Part shown: piece after piece, positions 1 to 420 of the stretch
Layout of the letters: every line of letters begins with the position of its first letter
Numbering within the stretch: position 1 is the first letter of the stretch
Sequence record: AH001330.2
Strand: one strand, 5' to 3'
Origin: a phage
Length of the DNA: 420 nucleotides
Position numbers and translations under genes: made by a program
The notes under the pieces: generated by a model
Seen by the model: the letters and a program-made list of their open reading frames with translations, nothing else
The model's database searches: none
Told to the model about the DNA's origin: nothing

Positions 1-16
1 TCTCACAGTGTACGGA

Positions 17-66
17 CCTAAAGTTCCCCCATAGGGGGTACCTAAAGCCCAGCCAATCACCTAAAG
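17..66 (+). repeat. Three dispersed copies of heptamer CCTAAAG (17-23, 41-47, 60-66) in TR copy 1
   Basis: Seen in sequence: exact CCTAAAG at 17-23, 41-47 and 60-66, each preceded by A (aCCTAAAG). From recollection, the same heptamer recurs many times in the non-coding region just inside the left TR of T7. Confidence 0.6.
26..38. repeat. Short inverted repeat CCCCC-ATA-GGGGG (5-bp stem, 3-nt loop) inside TR copy 1
   Basis: Seen in sequence: c26-c30, ata 31-33, g34-g38 are perfectly self-complementary. The counterpart in copy 2 (290-300) is CCC-ATA-GGGGG, with the stem shortened by the indels. Function unknown; this is a structural observation only. Confidence 0.5.
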
Positions 67-82
67 TCAACCTTCGGTTGAC
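66..82. repeat. Inverted repeat GTCAACC-TTC-GGTTGAC (7-bp stem, 3-nt loop) inside TR copy 1
   Basis: Seen in sequence: 66-72 gtcaacc is the exact reverse complement of 76-82 ggttgac, with loop ttc at 73-75. In copy 2 (327-342) the T at stem position 2 is missing, leaving a 5-bp stem plus a bulge. Function is not established from the sequence alone. Confidence 0.5.
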
Positions 83-164
83 TTGAGGGTTCCCTAAGGG
101 TTGGGGATGACCCTTGGGTTTGTCTTTGGGTGTTACCTTGAGTGTCTCTCTGTGTCCCTACTAC

Positions 165-264
165 NNNNNNNNNNNNNNNNNNNNNNNNNNNNNNNNNNNN
201 NNNNNNNNNNNNNNNNNNNNNNNNNNNNNNNNNNNNNNNNNNNNNNNNNNNNNNNNNNNNNNNN
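165..264. other. Assembly or scaffold gap of exactly 100 N, true length unknown
   Basis: Seen in sequence: uninterrupted run of 100 n. A 100-N run is the usual placeholder for a gap of unknown size. It is flanked on both sides by copies of the same repeat. Confidence 0.95.
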
Positions 265-265
265 A

Positions 266-420
266 TCTCACAGTGTACGGACCTAAAGTCCCATAGGGGG
301 TACCTAAAGCCCAGCCAATCACCTAAGCAACCTTCGGTTGACCTTGAGGGTTCCCTAAGGGTTGGGGATGACCCTTGGGTTTGTCTTTGGGTGTTACCTT
401 GAGTGTCTCTCTGTGTCCCT
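266..420 (+). repeat. T7-type direct terminal repeat, copy 2; 155 bp with five single-base deletions relative to the recalled T7 sequence
   Basis: Seen in sequence: aligns end to end with 1-159 in the same orientation with zero substitutions. Relative to copy 1 it lacks one T and two C in aaagTTCCCCCata (here aaagTCCCata, 286-292), one A and one T in ctaaagtcaacc (here ctaagcaacc, 324-332), and has the extra C (gaccttgaggg, 340-350) that copy 1 lacks. Confidence 0.8.
282..327 (+). repeat. CCTAAAG heptamers in TR copy 2 (282-288, 303-309) plus a degenerate third copy CCTAAG (322-327)
   Basis: Seen in sequence: exact CCTAAAG at 282-288 and 303-309. The third copy has lost one A (cctaag, 322-327), which is one of the indel differences from copy 1. 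Confidence 0.55.

Larger units (their letters stand above)
1..159 (+). repeat. T7-type direct terminal repeat, copy 1 (left-end-like); 159 bp against the canonical 160 bp
   Basis: Seen in sequence: starts tctcacagtgtacggacctaaagttcccccatagggggtacc and ends tgtctctctgtgtccct, near-identical to 266-420. Recalled knowledge: this matches the first 160 bp of the phage T7 genome, except that one C is missing at 82/83 (gttgac-ttgaggg versus recalled GTTGACCTTGAGGG). No search could be run. Confidence 0.8.

Noticed and set aside
78-106. Sigma70-like -35 hexamer ttgact at 78-83 (ttgacc at 338-343 in copy 2)
   Set aside because: No acceptable -10 hexamer (TATAAT-like) sits 16-19 bp downstream; the sequence at 101-106 is ttgggg. 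Nor is there a T7 RNA polymerase promoter consensus (TAATACGACTCACTATAG) anywhere in the window.
87-130. Cluster of G-tracts on the + strand (87-89, 98-100, 103-106, 116-118, 128-130) as a possible G-quadruplex motif
   Set aside because: Loop lengths of 8, 2, 9 and 9 nt exceed the canonical 1-7 nt limit for three of the four loops, and the tracts are only 3-4 G long. This is weak and unverifiable from sequence, and more likely a by-product of the GGGTT/CCCT-rich composition.
101-402. Three ORFs in the supplied track (101-286, 114-296, 142-402, all + strand)
   Set aside because: Each is mostly translated N (X residues). They stay open only because the 100-N gap has no stop codons. The real sequence on either side gives short, low-complexity peptides with no recognisable ribosome binding site, and the recalled T7 terminal repeat region is non-coding.
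1-420. CRISPR-like architecture (repeat, spacer, repeat)
   Set aside because: The repeats are about 155-160 bp, far longer than CRISPR repeats (roughly 20-50 bp). There are only two copies, and the supposed spacer is an N gap rather than sequence.
1-420. Transposon or IS element bounded by terminal repeats
   Set aside because: The two copies are in direct, not inverted, orientation. No transposase coding capacity is visible, and the repeat appears to match a known phage terminal repeat.
1-420. A novel, undescribed biological system in this window
   Set aside because: The only real sequence is about 320 bp of a recognisable non-coding phage terminal repeat in two copies. There is no intact coding sequence, RNA gene or unexplained structured element that would support such a claim.

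Overview
Non-coding window with no evidence of a novel biological system. Positions 1-159 and 266-420 are two direct copies of what I recognise, from memory, as the ~160-bp direct terminal repeat (TR) of bacteriophage T7 or a very close relative; this was not confirmed by a search. The copies are separated by a run of exactly 100 N (165-264), which looks like a conventional unknown-length scaffold gap. The two copies differ only by six single-base indels and no substitutions, which points to sequencing or assembly error rather than divergence. Within each copy there are short inverted repeats and three CCTAAAG heptamers. No CDS, RNA gene, CRISPR array, promoter or mobile element is supported. 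The three ORFs in the supplied track run through the N gap and are artefacts. The most likely interpretation is a T7-type genome-end junction (circularised assembly, concatemer junction, or the two termini scaffolded together), possibly from laboratory T7 or vector-derived DNA.
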